A stretch of DNA of 63,972 nucleotides, filler included, from Octopus bimaculoides (taxonomy: Eukaryota): NCBI RefSeq assembly GCF_001194135.2. It is 7 parts of 7 records of this genome, joined end to end, with 100 filler letters (N's around TTAATTAATTAA, not from the genome) between each part and the next. Parts side by side here need not be neighbours in the genome. Positions count along the whole stretch, not along the records: positions 60,993 to 62,752 come from NC_068990.1; positions 62,853 to 63,972 come from NW_026420620.1; 5 more parts are not named here. One strand, given 5' to 3'. The translations under genes and the position numbers were made by a program. Below, piece after piece: positions 61,293-63,972 of this stretch. The notes below the pieces were generated by a model, which ran no database searches, had not been told where the DNA came from, and was given only the letters and a program-made list of their open reading frames with translations. Position 1 is the first letter of the stretch. Every line of letters starts with the position of its first letter.

Positions 61293-62012
61293 TTACAGAA
61301 CAGTTTTCACAGTTTCTAGAATTTCAAATGCATCTGTCCATGGAACAATCTGTGATTTCAACGAAAGTTCATCATCTTTAGGCATCTTGTTAATCTTTTT
61401 CCACAGATTGTAATTAATACGTGGAAATGTGAAATCTTTCTCTCTAAGTGTGAGGCAGGGGCAATAATCGTGTATCCCATCACCAACAAAACCAACATGG
61501 GAGAAGGTCACGCCTTCATTGCAACGTTTCTTCAGGTAATCTTCTAAGATCCTTCCTTTGCATAAATTAGTCGTGCTCAACTGACACCAATCTTGGTTGT
61601 GGTAACACTGCACTCGTAAGCAACCAGTTTCATCAAAATGTGCAGGATTCGTAAAAGTTTCAGCAAATAAGTGTGCAATTTTTGCATTTTCCAACACCTG
61701 TTTAATAAATACACTATTAGCATCAGAAATAATAATCATCTCAGCGTCGTCTCTGTCCAAGAAGTTTACCAGTTCTTTGGCACCATTCACAAATGGAATC
61801 TCATTCATACAGTTCAAGATTTGAGTAGGAGTAATGTCTTGTTGATGCATGTGTTCAAAGATTGCTCCCATATAATAAACCCAGCATTGGCTGCTGTACC
61901 GTTTCTTTATTTCCACAGGAATTGGTGGCACCAGTTTCGTCACGTAATTGTCAGAGTTGACATCAATGAGAGAATGGTCGAAATCAAATGCCAGCAGTAA
62001 AGACTTGTTCAC
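61293..62012 (-). CDS. PHOSPHO2: PHOSPHO1/PHOSPHO2-family HAD phosphatase (pyridoxal-phosphate/phosphoethanolamine phosphatase-like), single large coding exon
   Basis: 239 codons open. HAD motif I FDFDHS, motif II IISDAN, FTNPAHFD, NLCKG (motif III Lys), motif IV GDGIHD; stop TAA at 61293-61295. The first codon is GTG preceded by TTTTTCAG (acceptor). The PHOSPHO1 vs PHOSPHO2 label is tentative. Confidence 0.93.
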   Translation of the reverse strand: MNKSLLLAFDFDHSLIDVNSDNYVTKLVPPIPVEIKKRYSSQCWVYYMGAIFEHMHQQDITPTQILNCMNEIPFVNGAKELVNFLDRDDAEMIIISDANSVFIKQVLENAKIAHLFAETFTNPAHFDETGCLRVQCYHNQDWCQLSTTNLCKGRILEDYLKKRCNEGVTFSHVGFVGDGIHDYCPCLTLREKDFTFPRINYNLWKKINKMPKDDELSLKSQIVPWTDAFEILETVKTVL

Positions 62013-62069
62013 CTGAAAAATACAAGAGAAACGAAATAATTAATTAATAATTAGTAATGATAATAATAA

Positions 62070-62285
62070 TTCTTTCTACTATAGGCACAAGGCCTGAAAC
62101 TTTGGGGGAGGGGGCTAGTTGATTATATCGACCCCAGTGCATAACTGGTGCTTATTTCATCAACCCCGAAAGGATGAAAGGCAAAGTTAACCTTGGTGGA
62201 ATTTGAACTCAAAACTTAAGATAGATGAAATGCCGCTAAAGCATTTTGCCTGATGTGTTAACAATTCTGCCAGCTTGCCATCTTA
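62070..62285 (-). mobile_element. SINE family B in the phosphatase intron
   Basis: CTACTATAGGCACAAGGCCTGAAA...CCCCGAAAGGATGAAAGGCAAAG...GAATTTGAACTC...CTGCCAGC, flanked by (TAA)n. Confidence 0.9.
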
Positions 62286-62489
62286 ATAATAATAATAATT
62301 AGAAAATCATTGTTTTAAACATCCACTTTTCCATGCTTGTATGGGTTCAACAAAGTTTATAGAGAAAGACTTTCTATGGCCAGACACGTTTTCATAAAAT
62401 ATTGGAAATGAATATTCATTTATAATAATTACACAATGTCAAGACAAGGTGACACAAACATATACATATTCACACATACATACATACAA

Positions 62490-62640
62490 GATAGGCTTCT
62501 TTCAGTTTCCATCTACTAAATCCATTCACAAGGCTTTGGGCAACCCAGAGCTATAGTAGAAGGTGCCACTCAGTGGGAATGAACTGGAATCCACGTGGTT
62601 GGGAAGCAAACATCTTAACTACACAGCCACACCTGTACCT
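62490..62640 (-). mobile_element. SINE family A head
   Basis: GGCTTCTTTCAGTTTCCATCTACTAAATCCATTCACAAGG...CACAGCCACACCTG. Confidence 0.8.
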
Positions 62641-62854
62641 TGCTTTGCATATTTATTGTTAATAAGTTATGCTTATTTAAACCAAATAATTTATATGAGA
62701 GAATAGATTCACAACTGTTGAGGACCCTATATATATATATATATATATATATNNNNNNNNNNNNNNNNNNNNNNNNNNNNNNNNNNNNNNNNNNNNTTAA
62801 TTAATTAANNNNNNNNNNNNNNNNNNNNNNNNNNNNNNNNNNNNNNNNNNNNGT

Positions 62855-63335
62855 GATGCTATATCCCTTTCTATTTCATTGAAGGCTTCAAGTAACACAT
62901 CTCTAAATCTCTGTCCATTTGCAGGATCTTTAAGCTTCCAGACCCTTCTCCTCCAAGCTGGTCTACTTCTGGGCATCCATTTAGCCCTGATCCCGAAGTC
63001 GCTAACTACTAATCTGTGTTGAGGGGTACATTCTTCGCCTGGGAAGGTTTTGGCAATTTATAAGCAGTCCTCTTTCCCTTTTTCTGGTGAAGATGTAGTC
63101 AATTTGGCTAGTGTGTCTGCCGGAACGGTAGGTGATTAAGTGACGGGCAGGTTTCCTGAAGTTGGTATTGCAAACCATAAGATCATTTGCATCACAGAAC
63201 TCCAGCAGTCTGGTTCCGTCCCCATTGCAGGAACCAAAGCCATAGCCTCCAAGTATGCCATGGAAGCCCCTTACATGTTGTCCAGCATGTCCATTGAAAT
63301 CCCCAAACACAAAGAGAAGGTTCCTGTCATTCGTC
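62855..63335 (-). mobile_element. RTE-clade LINE fragment, AP-endonuclease C-terminal half
   Basis: FVFGDFNGHAG...GYGFGSCNGDGTRLLEFCDANDLMVCNTNFRK...TYRSG..TSQIDYIF, then (frameshift) AKTFPGEECTPQHRLVVSDF...RRVWKLKD. Confidence 0.9.
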
Positions 63336-63339
63336 AATG

Positions 63340-63972
63340 AGGTAGTCTGTGTGCGTGCGAGTGTATGTGCACGTGTACATGTATGTGTATGTATGTGCAT
63401 GTATTTTTGTGTGTATGCATGTGTGTGTGCATGAGTATGTGAACAAGGGGTTGTGTAGGGAGGTATATGTGCTTTATTTTGCATGTGTATGCATGTGCGT
63501 GTGTATGTGTATGTGTGTAGTTGTGTGTGCATGTGTATGTGTGTGCATGCATGTGTATCCAGGAGTGTATACATGTGTGGGGCTGTGAGTGTTAGGTGTG
63601 TGCATGATTGTGTGCGCATGTGTGTGTTTGTATATGCGCATCTATGTGTATGCATACATGTATGTGTGTGTGCATATATGTATATACTGAAACTGTGTAT
63701 GTATATGTATATGTGATATTGTGTATGCATGTGCATGTATGTGCGTGTGTTTATGCCCATGTGTGTGTAACTGTGTGCATGTCTGTATGAGTGTGTGTTG
63801 TGTACTCGAGGTATGTGTGTATGTATGTGTATGTACATATGTATATGTGTGTGTGCGTGTGTGTGTATGTGCATGTGTGCATGCGCATGAGTGTGTATAA
63901 GTGTGCATGAACGTGCAGATGTGTTGAGTTATGTGTGTTTTGTTGCATGTATGCGCGTGTGCTTGAGTATGT
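63340..63972. repeat. TG-rich tract homologous to 25580-26170
   Basis: Shared non-repetitive islands in the same cyclic order. Confidence 0.6.

Noticed and set aside
61671-62000. 109-aa plus-strand ORF (and 63140-63340)
   Set aside because: Antisense shadow of the phosphatase exon (and of the LINE fragment).
33186-62012. Claim that the phosphatase gene is nested in the aGPCR gene
   Set aside because: Three artificial scaffold joins separate them, so order and orientation are not demonstrated.

Overview
AT-rich, gap-riddled animal genomic DNA dominated by microsatellites and interspersed repeats. The repeat families and microsatellite load suggest an octopus; this is an inference and was not database-checked. 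Six 100-bp gaps contain an artificial TTAATTAATTAA linker, so adjacency across them is unreliable. Two protein-coding loci are supported. (1) Four in-phase exons of an adhesion GPCR (+ strand, 27.3-33.2 kb) encode the GAIN domain, GPS and TM1. Its cleavage motif reads NY-L-T instead of H-L-T, and no TM2-7 exons are visible. (2) An intact PHOSPHO1/2-family HAD phosphatase exon (- strand, 61293-62012) begins at GTG directly after a splice acceptor. The rest is several tRNA-derived SINE families and relics of RTE and R4/Dong-type LINEs, mariner and maT-like transposons, a Helitron with helicase remnant and intact 3' hallmark, palindromic and TTAA MITEs, and minisatellites. The most notable signal is a ~360-bp tandem array at 18984-19841. 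On the minus strand each complete unit carries a type I hammerhead ribozyme fold with a U3-A8 core covariation, a compensatory change in stem I between copies and a palindromic ACUAGU stem III that implies dimer cleavage. Unit 1 also has a CAAAUA loop II. The array is a candidate retrozyme or Penelope-like terminal-repeat system able to release a 361-nt, potentially circular RNA. Nearly all entries in the supplied ORF track are microsatellite or N-gap artefacts.
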